Shown: in pieces, positions 9,085-18,576 of the stretch
Layout: every line of letters begins with the position of its first letter
How positions within the stretch are numbered: position 1 is the stretch's first letter
NCBI GenBank assembly: GCA_965262725.1
Contig: OZ253555.1
Span: 3,200,001 to 3,264,000, forward strand
DNA from: Dehalococcoidia bacterium
GTDB lineage: Bacteria > Chloroflexota > Dehalococcoidia > UBA2979
Direction: 5' to 3'
DNA length: 64,000 nucleotides
The notes under the pieces: generated by a model
Told to the model about the DNA's origin: nothing
Databases searched by the model: none
Seen by the model: only the letters and a program-made list of their open reading frames with translations
Made by a program: the position numbers and the translations under genes

Positions 9085-10538
9085 GAGCCGCTCCCCCGCC
9101 CGGGCGGCGGCTGGTCCGAGCGCCGCATCAGCGCCACCGCGCCGCCGCTGAGGAGCAGCACGAGCAGCGCCGTCGCGGAGAGGAGGATCAGGACGGGCCG
9201 GACCGCGACGCTGTCGCCGGCCTCCGCCGGTGGGCCGGCCGCCGGCTCCGCCGGGACACCGTCCGCCGAAGGGGCGTCGTCCGCCGTTGCGACCGGCGCC
9301 GAGGCGGAGCCTCCGGCCGGCCGCGGGGTGGGAACTCCGAGCGGCGCCACGGTCGCTTCGCTGGGCACCGGCGCCAGCGTCGCCGACCGACCCGCCACCT
9401 CGACCGGCGGCAGCCCGTTCTTGGCGCGCCACTCGTTGTAGAGGCCGTCCTGGTCGAAGCCGTAGACCTCAAGGAGCGCGTCGTCGATGAGGGCGCCGGC
9501 CTTGACCGTGCGGTAGAGCTCGGCGAACGCCGAGAGCCCGTACAGGTCAATCAGGTGCGAGACGACCGACCACGACTGGCCGTAGAAGATGTCGACGCGG
9601 CCCGGATCGCCGGGGGGCGAGGCGAGCCCGCGCAGGGGGAGCGTCCGGTCGCCGCCGATCGCGCCCGCCAAGGCCACGGTGTATCCGACGCCGGGCTCGG
9701 GCTGCATGTAGACGGCGGTCCCCTCGTCCAGCCACGAGGGGATGGTCGTGAAGGGACCGTCGCCGGCGACCTTGGTGACGATGTGCGCGGCCTCGTGGCG
9801 GATCACGATGCGCGAGGGCTCGAAGACGAAGAGCAGGTCCGGCGCCACGCGCTGGCCGCCCGTGATCACGGTGGCGTCGAAGACGCCGCTCCGCGGCCGC
9901 TGCGCCAGCTCGCCCTCCGCCTCGGAGCGCCAGACGATGACCTTGACCGGGTAGGGCACCGTGATGTCGAGCAAGTCCTCCGTGTCGCGCAGCGAGGAGG
10001 CCGTCGCGGCGAGCGCCAACTCCGCCGCTGCCTCGCTCGAGCCGTACGAGTAGACGGTGACGAGCCCCGCCGTGCGCATCTTCCAGTTATAGCGGCCGTC
10101 GAGGAAGGTGAAGCGCTGCTCCTCCGTGATGAACTCCGTGCCCTCGCGGTCTTCCAGCCTCCAGCGGTAGGCGAACTCGGAGCCGACCGGGATGTAGCGG
10201 CGAGGCGCGATCGTCTGCAGCGTGAAGATCAGATCCTCCTCCGGCCCGCCGGTGACCTCGACCTCGCCGCTGCCACCGACGTTGCCGTCCGGGTTGAACA
10301 CGCTGTACTCGAGGCGCGCGGAGGCGAGGCCCGCCGCGGAGCGGACGCGAGCCGTGAAGGTGAGCTCGCGCGGATCCTCGGTGCGGGTCGCTAGGCGGTC
10401 GACGGCGATCTCGCCGGCGCGCGCCGGCGACGCCCCGGGAAGCGCCGCCGCGAGCGCCAGAGCGAGCGCCAAAGCGAGCGCCCACCGGAGGGCACGGCTC
10501 GCTGAGGGACACCAGCTCGCCGGGGAGGGAGCGATCAC
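9081..10538 (-). CDS. Exported membrane-anchored zinc metallopeptidase (peptidase MA-like)
   Basis: Signal peptide, HEAAH, WLDEGTA, FYGQSWS, Pro/Ala linker and C-terminal TM helix; start uncertain. Confidence 0.8.
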   Translation of the reverse strand: MIAPSPASWCPSASRALRWALALALALALAAALPGASPARAGEIAVDRLATRTEDPRELTFTARVRSAAGLASARLEYSVFNPDGNVGGSGEVEVTGGPEEDLIFTLQTIAPRRYIPVGSEFAYRWRLEDREGTEFITEEQRFTFLDGRYNWKMRTAGLVTVYSYGSSEAAAELALAATASSLRDTEDLLDITVPYPVKVIVWRSEAEGELAQRPRSGVFDATVITGGQRVAPDLLFVFEPSRIVIRHEAAHIVTKVAGDGPFTTIPSWLDEGTAVYMQPEPGVGYTVALAGAIGGDRTLPLRGLASPPGDPGRVDIFYGQSWSVVSHLIDLYGLSAFAELYRTVKAGALIDDALLEVYGFDQDGLYNEWRAKNGLPPVEVAGRSATLAPVPSEATVAPLGVPTPRPAGGSASAPVATADDAPSADGVPAEPAAGPPAEAGDSVAVRPVLILLSATALLVLLLSGGAVALMRRSDQPPPGRGSGS

Positions 10539-11672
10539 GCGTCGACCCCCGCGGCCTTCCCGCTCCCCACCTGCTCGCGCAGGTAGGCCTCGATGAATGG
10601 ATCGATCGCCCCGTCGAGCACCGCCTGCGTGTCGCTCGTCTCGAGGCCGGTGCGCAGGTCCTTCACCATCCGGTACGGCTGGAGCACATACGACCGAATC
10701 TGGTTCCCCCAGCCCGGATCGACGTGCACGCCCCGGAGCCGGGCGCGCTCCTGCTCGCGCCGCTCGATCTCTATTTCGAGGAGCCGGGACTGCAGGACCA
10801 GCATCGCCGTCTCCCGGTTGCGCCCCTGTGAGCGCTCATTCTGGCACGTCACCACAAGGCCGGTGGGGAGGTGGGTAATGCGCACGGCGGTGTCGTTCTT
10901 CTGGACATTCTGCCCGCCGTGCCCGGAGGCGCGGTAGGTGTCGATGCGCACGTCCTCGGGCCGGACCTCGACCTGCACGTCCTCGCTCTCCGCCTCCGGC
11001 ATCACCTCGACGAGGGCGAAGCTCGTGTGCCGCGCGTGCGAAGCGTCGAAGGGCGAGATGCGCACGAGCCGGTGCACCCCGCGCTCCGAGCGGAGCAGGC
11101 CGTAGGCCCATTCTCCCGTGATGCGCAGCTCGGCGGACTTGATCCCGGCCTCCTCGCCGGGGGAGAGCGCCAGCACCTCGGCCGAGAAGCCGCGCTGCTG
11201 GGCCCACCTCAGGTAGAGCCGAAGCAGCATCTCCGCCCAGTCCTGCGCCTCGGTGCCCCCGGCGCCGGCGTGGACCAGCAGCACCGCGTTGCGCCCGTCG
11301 TAGGGACCCCCCAGCGTGAGATCGAGCTCCAGCTCGGCGAAGCGCCGCTCCAGCGGGGCGAGGTCGCCGGCGATGTCGACGGCAAGCGCCGAGCGCTCCG
11401 CCTCGTCCTCCACCGCCTCCGCCATCTCGACGAGCTCGCCGATCTCGCGTGCGCCACTCTCGAGCTCGTTCCAAGTCGCGACCAGGGACTCCAGCCGCGC
11501 CAGCTGCTGCATCAGCCGCTGGGCCTCCTGCCGCTTATCCCAGAGATCGGGAGTCTCCGACCGGCGGCGCAGCGAGGCGAGCTCGCGCTCGCGAGCGGCG
11601 AGGTCAAAGACGCACCCGCACGTCCTGAACACGCGAGGCGAGCTCCGCCGCGCGCGCCCCGAGCATATCCAT
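10535..11672 (-). CDS. prfB: Peptide chain release factor 2 with programmed +1 frameshift
   Basis: GAGGTEAQDW, GVHRLVRISPF (SPF) and GGQ; ATG at 11672 reads MDMLGARAAELASRVQDVRVRL-stop at CTT TGA C (11603-11609). Confidence 0.96.
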
Positions 11673-11707
11673 GGAGAGAGTGTCTCACGGCCGGCGCGGC
11701 CGGGCAG

Positions 11708-12604
11708 CTACCGGCCGGCGGCGTCCCGGGCGGCAAGCAGCGTGTTGCGAACGACCATCGCGATCGTCATCGGCCCGACGCCCCCCGGCACCGGCGTCAT
11801 CGCCTGCGCCACCGCCGAGACGGTGGGGAAGTCAACGTCCCCGGTGAGCCGGTAACCCCGCCTCGCGGAGGGATCCTCCACGCGGTTGGTCCCGACATCG
11901 ATCACCACCGCGCCCGGGCGCACCATCTCCCCGCTCACGATCCCCGCGCTGCCGGCGGCGACGACGAGGATCTCGGCCTCCCTCGTCACCGCGCCGAGGG
12001 CGCGCGTCCCGGTGTGCGCGAGGGTTACCGTCGCGTTCGCCCCGGCGGCCTTGTTCGCGAGCAACGCGGCGAGCGGCCGTCCGACCAGCACCGATCGCCC
12101 GACGATCACCACGCGGCGGCCCGCGGGGTCGTGCCCGCTGCGCAGCAGTAGCTCGCGGACGCCGCTCGGGGTCGCGGGCACGAGTCCCGGCGTGCCCGCG
12201 AGCAAGAGGCCCATGTTGACGGGGTGCAGTCCGTCCACGTCCTTGCGGGGGTCGACCGCCGACATCACGGCGCCCGCGTCGATGTGGGGCGGGAGCGGCA
12301 TCTGCACCAGGATCCCGGAGACCGCGGGGGAGTCGTTCAGGCGCCGGATGTGGGCGAGCAGCTCCGCCTGCGTCGTCGACGTCTCGAGCGCGAGCGTCTC
12401 GTGCGTCATCCCCACGCGCTCGCAGGCGCGCCCCTTGTTGCGGACGTAGGTGGCGGAGGCGGCGTCGTCTCCGACGAGCACTGCAGTGAGGTGCGGCGCC
12501 GGGTGACCGCGCGCGACGTGGGCGGCGACGGACTCCGCCGTCTCCAAAGCGACCGCCTCCGCGATCGCACGCCCGTCGATGAGGCTCGCCGCTGGCGCCG
12601 TCAC
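11708..12604 (-). CDS. folD: Methylenetetrahydrofolate dehydrogenase/cyclohydrolase
   Basis: YVRNK, GILVQMPLP, KDVDGLHP, GRSVLVGRP, TPVPGGVGPMT. Confidence 0.96.
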   Translation of the reverse strand: MTAPAASLIDGRAIAEAVALETAESVAAHVARGHPAPHLTAVLVGDDAASATYVRNKGRACERVGMTHETLALETSTTQAELLAHIRRLNDSPAVSGILVQMPLPPHIDAGAVMSAVDPRKDVDGLHPVNMGLLLAGTPGLVPATPSGVRELLLRSGHDPAGRRVVIVGRSVLVGRPLAALLANKAAGANATVTLAHTGTRALGAVTREAEILVVAAGSAGIVSGEMVRPGAVVIDVGTNRVEDPSARRGYRLTGDVDFPTVSAVAQAMTPVPGGVGPMTIAMVVRNTLLAARDAAGR

Positions 12605-12676
12605 CCCACGAGTATAGCGGCGCCACCGCCCCCGGCCCCGGGGAATGGCGCCCAAGCGCGTGCTACGATCCGGCCG

Positions 12677-13147
12677 ATGGTGCCCCCCGACTCCACGACC
12701 CACGCGATCGGCGTCGACCTGATCGAGCCCGACCGCGTCGCGCGCGTGCTGGCCCGGCACCCCCGGCGCTTCCTCGCACGCGTCTACACGCCGCTCGAGG
12801 CGGCGTTCTGCCGGGGCCGCGTCCCGGAACTCGCGGCGCGATTCGCCGCGAAGGAGGCCGTGATGAAGGCGCTCGGGACCGGCGCACGCTCTGTGGGCTG
12901 GCGCGACATCGAGATCCTCCCCGATCGCCGCGGAAAGCCCCTCGTCTACCTGCACGGCCGCGCCGCCGAGCGGGCCGAGCGGATCGGACTCGAGGCCATC
13001 GACATCTCGCTCACGCACCTCCGCGACCAGGCGATGGCGGTGGTCGTCTGCCGCCAGCTACGCCCGGAGCAGGACCACGCCAGCGCACGCGCGCACCTGA
13101 TCCGGCGGCTCAGGGGCCGGGGCCTGATCGACAGCTCGGTGACCTAG
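12677..13147 (+). CDS. acpS: Holo-ACP synthase
   Basis: IGVDLIE, AARFAAKEAVMKALGTG, GKP, ISLTH. Confidence 0.94.
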   Translation: MVPPDSTTHAIGVDLIEPDRVARVLARHPRRFLARVYTPLEAAFCRGRVPELAARFAAKEAVMKALGTGARSVGWRDIEILPDRRGKPLVYLHGRAAERAERIGLEAIDISLTHLRDQAMAVVVCRQLRPEQDHASARAHLIRRLRGRGLIDSSVT

Positions 13148-14842
13148 ATGAAACTCGTCACCGCCAGCCAGATGGACGAGCTCGAGCAGGCCGCGGCCGC
13201 ATCCGGCGTCTCCGAGCGAGCGCTGATGGAAGAAGCTGGCCTCGCTGCCGCGCAGGAGGCGTGGATGGCGGTCGGCGCCGCCGAGGGGCGTGCGATCCTT
13301 GTGCTCTGCGGCCCCGGCAACAACGGAGGCGACGGGCTCGTGGCGGCACGGCACCTCGCCGGCTGGGGCGCCGACGTGCGCGTCTATCTGCTGCGCGCCC
13401 GCGAGGAGACCGACCCCGTCTGGCTCGAGGCGCTCGCGGCGGGAGTGCGCGCGGAGAGTGCCGAGGAGGATGAGGAGTCCGCCCGGCTCGCCGCGCTCCT
13501 CTCCGAGGCGAGCCTGGTGCTCGACGCGCTGCTCGGCACCGGCGCCGGGCGGCGGCCGATCGAGGGCAGGCTCGCCGAGCTGCTGAGCCGGCTGCGGGCG
13601 GCGCGCGCGGGGCCGGCGCGCCCGTACCTGATCGCGCTCGACCTCCCGACCGGCGTCGACGCCGACTCGGGCGCCGCCGATCCCGAGAGCGTGGCCGCGG
13701 ACCTCACCATCGCCTTCGGCCACTCGAAGATCGGGCTCTCGCAGCTGCCGGGCCTCGAGCTCGCCGGGCGCGTGCTCCCCGTGCACATCGGGATCCCGCC
13801 CGACGCCTCCGCGGACCTCCCCTTCGAGCAGCTCGACTTCCGCTCGGTCAAGGAGACGATGCCCGCGCGACCGGCCAGCTCCCACAAGGGGACCTTCGGC
13901 ACCGCTGTGATCGCGGCGGGGTCGCGTCGCTACCCGGGCGCGGCGCGTCTCGCGGCGGAGGCGGCCGCGCGCTCGGGAGCCGGCCTCGTCGCCATCGCCG
14001 CGCCGGAGACGCTCCAGTCGCTCCTGGTGACCGGCCTCCCCGACGCGGTGCACGAGCCGCTCGCCCCCGCCGCCGGATCCCCGGACGGCGAGCTCGACGG
14101 CCATGCCGCCCGGACGCTGCTCCACGCGCTCGGCGCGGGGAGCCTCCGTCGGGCGACCTCGCTCCTAGTCGGTCCCGGCATCGGGACGGGGCGCGGCGCA
14201 CAGGCCTTCGTGCACGCTCTGCTCGCCGGCCTCGACCCGGCCATGGCCGGCGGCGCGCTGCGCGCTCTGGTCGTGGACGCCGACGCGCTCTCGGCGCTGG
14301 CGCGGCTCCCGGGCTGGGCGGAGCGCCTCGCGCTGCCGCGCGTGCTGACGCCTCACCCCGGCGAGATGGCGCGCCTCGCCCGGTGCTCGACCGCCGAGGT
14401 GCAGTCAAATCGGCTTGAGTCCGCGCTCGCCGTGGCGCGTGACACTGGCAGCACCGTCGTCCTGAAGGGAGCATGCACGGTCGTCGCGGCGCCCGACGGG
14501 CGGGCCCGCCTCTCCGACCAAGCGAACCCGATGCTCGCTACCGCCGGCACGGGCGACGTCCTTGCTGGCCTAGTGGCGGGGCTCATCGCGCGGGGTATGG
14601 AGCCCTTCGACGCCGCGGCCGCCGCCGTCTACATCCACGGCGACTGCGGGCGTCGCGTCGCCGAGAGCCACGGCACTGCCGCGGGGCTGGCGCAGGATCT
14701 GCTGCGCGTGCTGCCCGAGGTGAGCGCCCTCCTAGAGGGACCCGCGCGGAGGAGTGCTGAGAGCATCGGCATCGCGCCGGGCCTGATGGCGGGACCGGGG
14801 GGAGCCGCAGGCGCCCCTCCGGGCGGCGGGGGGCTCTGGTAG
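13148..14842 (+). CDS. nnr: Bifunctional NAD(P)HX epimerase/dehydratase
   Basis: GPGNNGGDG, DALLGTG, DLPTG, HKGTFG, DADAL, TPHPGEM, ATAGTGDVLAG. Confidence 0.94.
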   Translation: MKLVTASQMDELEQAAAASGVSERALMEEAGLAAAQEAWMAVGAAEGRAILVLCGPGNNGGDGLVAARHLAGWGADVRVYLLRAREETDPVWLEALAAGVRAESAEEDEESARLAALLSEASLVLDALLGTGAGRRPIEGRLAELLSRLRAARAGPARPYLIALDLPTGVDADSGAADPESVAADLTIAFGHSKIGLSQLPGLELAGRVLPVHIGIPPDASADLPFEQLDFRSVKETMPARPASSHKGTFGTAVIAAGSRRYPGAARLAAEAAARSGAGLVAIAAPETLQSLLVTGLPDAVHEPLAPAAGSPDGELDGHAARTLLHALGAGSLRRATSLLVGPGIGTGRGAQAFVHALLAGLDPAMAGGALRALVVDADALSALARLPGWAERLALPRVLTPHPGEMARLARCSTAEVQSNRLESALAVARDTGSTVVLKGACTVVAAPDGRARLSDQANPMLATAGTGDVLAGLVAGLIARGMEPFDAAAAAVYIHGDCGRRVAESHGTAAGLAQDLLRVLPEVSALLEGPARRSAESIGIAPGLMAGPGGAAGAPPGGGGLW

Positions 14843-14912
14843 ACTGCGCGGCAGGGACGCGATCTGCGCATGCGCCCCGGCGAACGTGCGCCCTACGGGG
14901 GGAGCCTCAACG

Positions 14913-15947
14913 GTGACGACCGAGACGAGCCGCGCGCGACCGGTCGGCAGCGCGGCAGCCGCGGGCTCAGCCGTGCGCGGCGATCCGGTTGCGCTCATTT
15001 TCCCGGGGCAGGGCTCCCAGTCGCCCGGGATGGGCCAGCTGATCTACACCACCTCTCGGGAGGCGCGCCTCGCCTTCGAAGAGGCGAGCGAGATCACCCG
15101 CATCGATCTCGCCCGCGTCTGTTTCGAGGGCTCGGCGGAGGAGCTGGCGGAGACGCGGGCGACGCAGCCCGCGGTGCTCACCACCTCGGTCGCCTTTCTT
15201 CGCGCGATGCGCGAGAAGCTGGGCGAGGTGGGACGCGCCATCCGGCCGCGCGTCCTGGGCGGGCACTCGCTGGGACTCTTCAGCGCCGCCGTCGCCAGTG
15301 AGGCGATCTCCTTCCGTGACTCGCTGCTCGTGATCTTGGAGCGGGCGCGGCTGATGGGGAGCTTCAGCGAGCAGCGCCCGGTCGGCATGGCGTCGATCAT
15401 CGGCCTCGATCACGATGCCGTCGCTGAGATCTGCCGCGCGGCGACGCTCTCCCCTGCCGACCGCGTCGACGTCGCGAACCACAATATGGACACGCACCTA
15501 GTCATCTCCGGGGACCTCTCGGCACTCGAACGAGCCATGCAGCTGGCGCGAGCGCGGCAGGGGAAGGCGATCCAGCTCCGGGTGCGCGTTTCCAGTCACA
15601 CGCCACTCCACGCCGCGCAGGCCGACGAGTTCGCGACGGTGATCCGAGAGGTGCCGATAGCCGAACCGCTCGTCCCCGTGGTCTCCAACGTCTCCTCGCA
15701 GCTGCTCGACACCGCCGAGCGGCTGCGCGCCGAGTTCGAGGTACAACTCCGCGCCCCGGTCTACTGGGCCGAGAACGTGCGCGCGATGTCGCGGGAGGGC
15801 GTGACGACCTTCATCGAGGTGGGCCCGGGCCACGTGCTGGCGAACATGGTGCGCCGCATCGCCTCCCGCTCCACCGCCGTGGCGCTCGACGACGCACGCG
15901 AGGAGCCGGTGCCGATCTCCATCCTCCCCGATCCCGTCGCCCGGTAG
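14913..15947 (+). CDS. fabD: Malonyl-CoA:ACP transacylase
   Basis: FPGQGSQ, TQPAV, GHSLG, EVGPGHVL; start approximate. Confidence 0.9.
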   Translation: MTTETSRARPVGSAAAAGSAVRGDPVALIFPGQGSQSPGMGQLIYTTSREARLAFEEASEITRIDLARVCFEGSAEELAETRATQPAVLTTSVAFLRAMREKLGEVGRAIRPRVLGGHSLGLFSAAVASEAISFRDSLLVILERARLMGSFSEQRPVGMASIIGLDHDAVAEICRAATLSPADRVDVANHNMDTHLVISGDLSALERAMQLARARQGKAIQLRVRVSSHTPLHAAQADEFATVIREVPIAEPLVPVVSNVSSQLLDTAERLRAEFEVQLRAPVYWAENVRAMSREGVTTFIEVGPGHVLANMVRRIASRSTAVALDDAREEPVPISILPDPVAR

Positions 15948-15954
15948 CGGCGGC

Positions 15955-17241
15955 GTGGGCCCGCAAGACACCGACCGCGCCCGGCCGCGCCGCGTCGTCG
16001 TGACCGGCCTCGGAATGCTCACGCCGCTCGGCAACGACTGGCGCAGCACCTGGGAGGGATTGCTCGCCGGGCGCTCGGGCATCAGCCGCGTCACCGCCTT
16101 CGACGCCTCCGAGTACGACTGCCCGCTCGCCGGCGAACTGCGCGGCTTCGACGCCGCCTCGGTCGTCGGACCGAAGCAGCTGCGCCGCATCGACCGCTCG
16201 ACCGTGCTCGCCATCGCGGCGGCCCGCGAGGCGGTCGCCGACGCCGGCATCGACGTCTCCGCCCTCGGACCGGAGACCGTCGGCATCGTGCTCGGGACTG
16301 GCATCGGCGGGGCGCACCTGCTGGTGGAGAACCAGCAGGCGCTGGAGCAGCGCGGACCGCGGCGCGTCTCCCCCTTTCTCATCACGCACATGCTTCCCGA
16401 CACGCCGACGGGGCTGCTTGCGATCGAGCTCGGCGTGCGCGGTCCGAATCTCGCGGTGACGGCAGCCTGCGCCACCGGTGGCGCCGCCGTCGGCGAGGCC
16501 GCCGAAATCGTGAGCCGCGGCGAGGCGTCGGTGGTGATCACGGGCGGCTTCGAGGCCTCGATCCGGCCGGTCTACTACGCCGGATTCCAGGCCATGCGGG
16601 CTCTGGCCACACACCCCGACCCGACGCGCGCCTCGCGCCCCTTCGACGCCGAGCGAAACGGCTTCATCCTCTCGGAGGGTGCCTGCTGCCTGGTGCTGGA
16701 GGAGGCGGAGCACGCGCTGGCGCGCGGCGCCCACATCTACGCCGAGTGGCTCGGCGCCGGAACCGCCTCGGACGGGTTCGACATGGTGGCGCCACCGGAG
16801 GACGGTCGCGGGATCCGCACCGCGATGGCGCGGGCGCTGCGCCGCGCCGGACGGGAACCGTCCGACGTCGACTACGTGAACGCGCACGGCACCAGCACGC
16901 CCATCAACGATCGCGTCGAGACGCGGGCGCTCCGCACCACCTTCGGCGAGCACGCGGATCGCCTCCTGGTCTCCTCGACCAAGTCGATGCTCGGGCACAT
17001 GATGGGCGCCGCAGGCGCCGTGGAGGCGGCGGTGGCCGCGCTGGTCTGTGAGCGCCAGATCGTGCCGCCCACCATCAACTACGAGCACCCCGACCCCGAG
17101 TGCGACCTCGACTACGTTCCGAACGAGGCGCGCGAGGCGCCGGTACGTCACGCGCTCTCGACCTCGGTGGGGCTCGGCGGGCACAACTCGGCCCTGATCT
17201 TCGGGCGCTGGGAGACAGCCGGGACGGAGGATGCCCGATGA
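15955..17241 (+). CDS. fabF: Beta-ketoacyl-ACP synthase II, copy 1
   Basis: RRVVVTGLG, AACATG, NAHGTST, KSMLGHMMGA, GLGGHN. Confidence 0.92.
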   Translation: MGPQDTDRARPRRVVVTGLGMLTPLGNDWRSTWEGLLAGRSGISRVTAFDASEYDCPLAGELRGFDAASVVGPKQLRRIDRSTVLAIAAAREAVADAGIDVSALGPETVGIVLGTGIGGAHLLVENQQALEQRGPRRVSPFLITHMLPDTPTGLLAIELGVRGPNLAVTAACATGGAAVGEAAEIVSRGEASVVITGGFEASIRPVYYAGFQAMRALATHPDPTRASRPFDAERNGFILSEGACCLVLEEAEHALARGAHIYAEWLGAGTASDGFDMVAPPEDGRGIRTAMARALRRAGREPSDVDYVNAHGTSTPINDRVETRALRTTFGEHADRLLVSSTKSMLGHMMGAAGAVEAAVAALVCERQIVPPTINYEHPDPECDLDYVPNEAREAPVRHALSTSVGLGGHNSALIFGRWETAGTEDAR

Positions 17242-18512
17242 GCGATCGGCCCACGCCCCAGGAGCCCCGACGCGTCGTCGTCACCGGCATCGGCATGCTC
17301 ACCCCCCTCGGCGTCGGCCGCGAGAGGAGTTGGAGCGCGCTGCTCGCCGGGGAGAACGGGATCCGCCGCGCCACGATCGACGACCTCACCGAGCTCGCCG
17401 TGACGATCGCCGGCGAGGTCCCCGACTTCGAGCCGCACGCCCATCTCGACCGCAAGGAGGCGCGGCGCATGGACCGCTTCACCCAGCTCGCGTGCGCGGC
17501 GGCCGACGAGGCCGTCGCGCACGCTGGCCTCGAGGTGTCGGAGGTCGCCGATCGCGTCGGCGTGATGATCGGGAGCGGCATCGGCGGCCTTGCCACGATC
17601 GAGGAGGGCTACCGGACGCTCTTCGAGAAGGGGCCGGCGCGCATCTCGCCCTTCATGGTCCCGATGTACATCGCCGACATGGCGGCCGGCCAGGTCTCTA
17701 TCCGGCACGGCGCCCGGGGCCCGAACTTCGACACGGTGTCCGCCTGCGCGTCGGGCGCCGACGCGATCGGCACGGCCTTCGAGACCATCCGGCGGGGCGC
17801 CGCCGACGCGATGCTCGCCGGCGGCGCCGAGGCCGCCGTCACGCGCATGGGCCTCGCCGCGTTCCACGCCACCCGGGCGCTCTCCACGCGCCGCGACGAC
17901 GACCCGGCGCACGCCTCGCGCCCCTTCGACCGGGAGCGCGACGGCTTCGTCCTCGCGGAGGGGGCGGCGGTGCTGGTGCTGGAGGAGCGGGACTTCGCCC
18001 GCCGGCGCGGTGCGCCGATCCTCGCCGAGATGCTCGGGTACGGGCAGTCGGCCGACGCCTTCCACGTCACGCAGCCCTCCGAGAACGGCGAGGGGGCAGC
18101 GCGGGCGATGCGCGCGGCGCTCCGGGAGGCCGGCCTCGACGCCGGGGCGGTGAGCTACATCAACGCGCACGGGACGAGCACGCCGCTCAACGACAAGTTC
18201 GAGACGCTCTCCATCAAGGCGGTCTTCGGGGAGGAGGCGCTAGCGATCCCGATCTCCTCGACGAAGTCGATGATCGGCCACTCGCTCGGTGCCGGGGGCG
18301 GCATCGAGGCCGCCGTCTGCGTGCTCTCGATCCGTGACGGGCGCATCCACCCCACACGCAACCTCGAGCTGCCGGATCCCGACTGCGACCTCGACTACGT
18401 CCCGGAAGGCGAGCGCGAGCTCGATGTCTCGATCGCGATGTCGAACGCGCTCGGCTTCGGCGGGCATAACAGCTCCCTCCTCTTCGGCCGGGACGGGGAG
18501 CCCAGCGCGTGA
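17238..18512 (+). CDS. fabF: Beta-ketoacyl-ACP synthase II, copy 2
   Basis: SACASG, SRPFD, NAHGTST, KSMIGHSLGA, GFGGHN; ATGA overlap with copy 1. Confidence 0.94.
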   Translation: MSDRPTPQEPRRVVVTGIGMLTPLGVGRERSWSALLAGENGIRRATIDDLTELAVTIAGEVPDFEPHAHLDRKEARRMDRFTQLACAAADEAVAHAGLEVSEVADRVGVMIGSGIGGLATIEEGYRTLFEKGPARISPFMVPMYIADMAAGQVSIRHGARGPNFDTVSACASGADAIGTAFETIRRGAADAMLAGGAEAAVTRMGLAAFHATRALSTRRDDDPAHASRPFDRERDGFVLAEGAAVLVLEERDFARRRGAPILAEMLGYGQSADAFHVTQPSENGEGAARAMRAALREAGLDAGAVSYINAHGTSTPLNDKFETLSIKAVFGEEALAIPISSTKSMIGHSLGAGGGIEAAVCVLSIRDGRIHPTRNLELPDPDCDLDYVPEGERELDVSIAMSNALGFGGHNSSLLFGRDGEPSA

Positions 18513-18576
18513 GCCCGCCGGCGCGCGAGCGGGGGGCCGCCGCCCGTCCCCGGATTCCCCGGGTTCCGGTGGCCGC

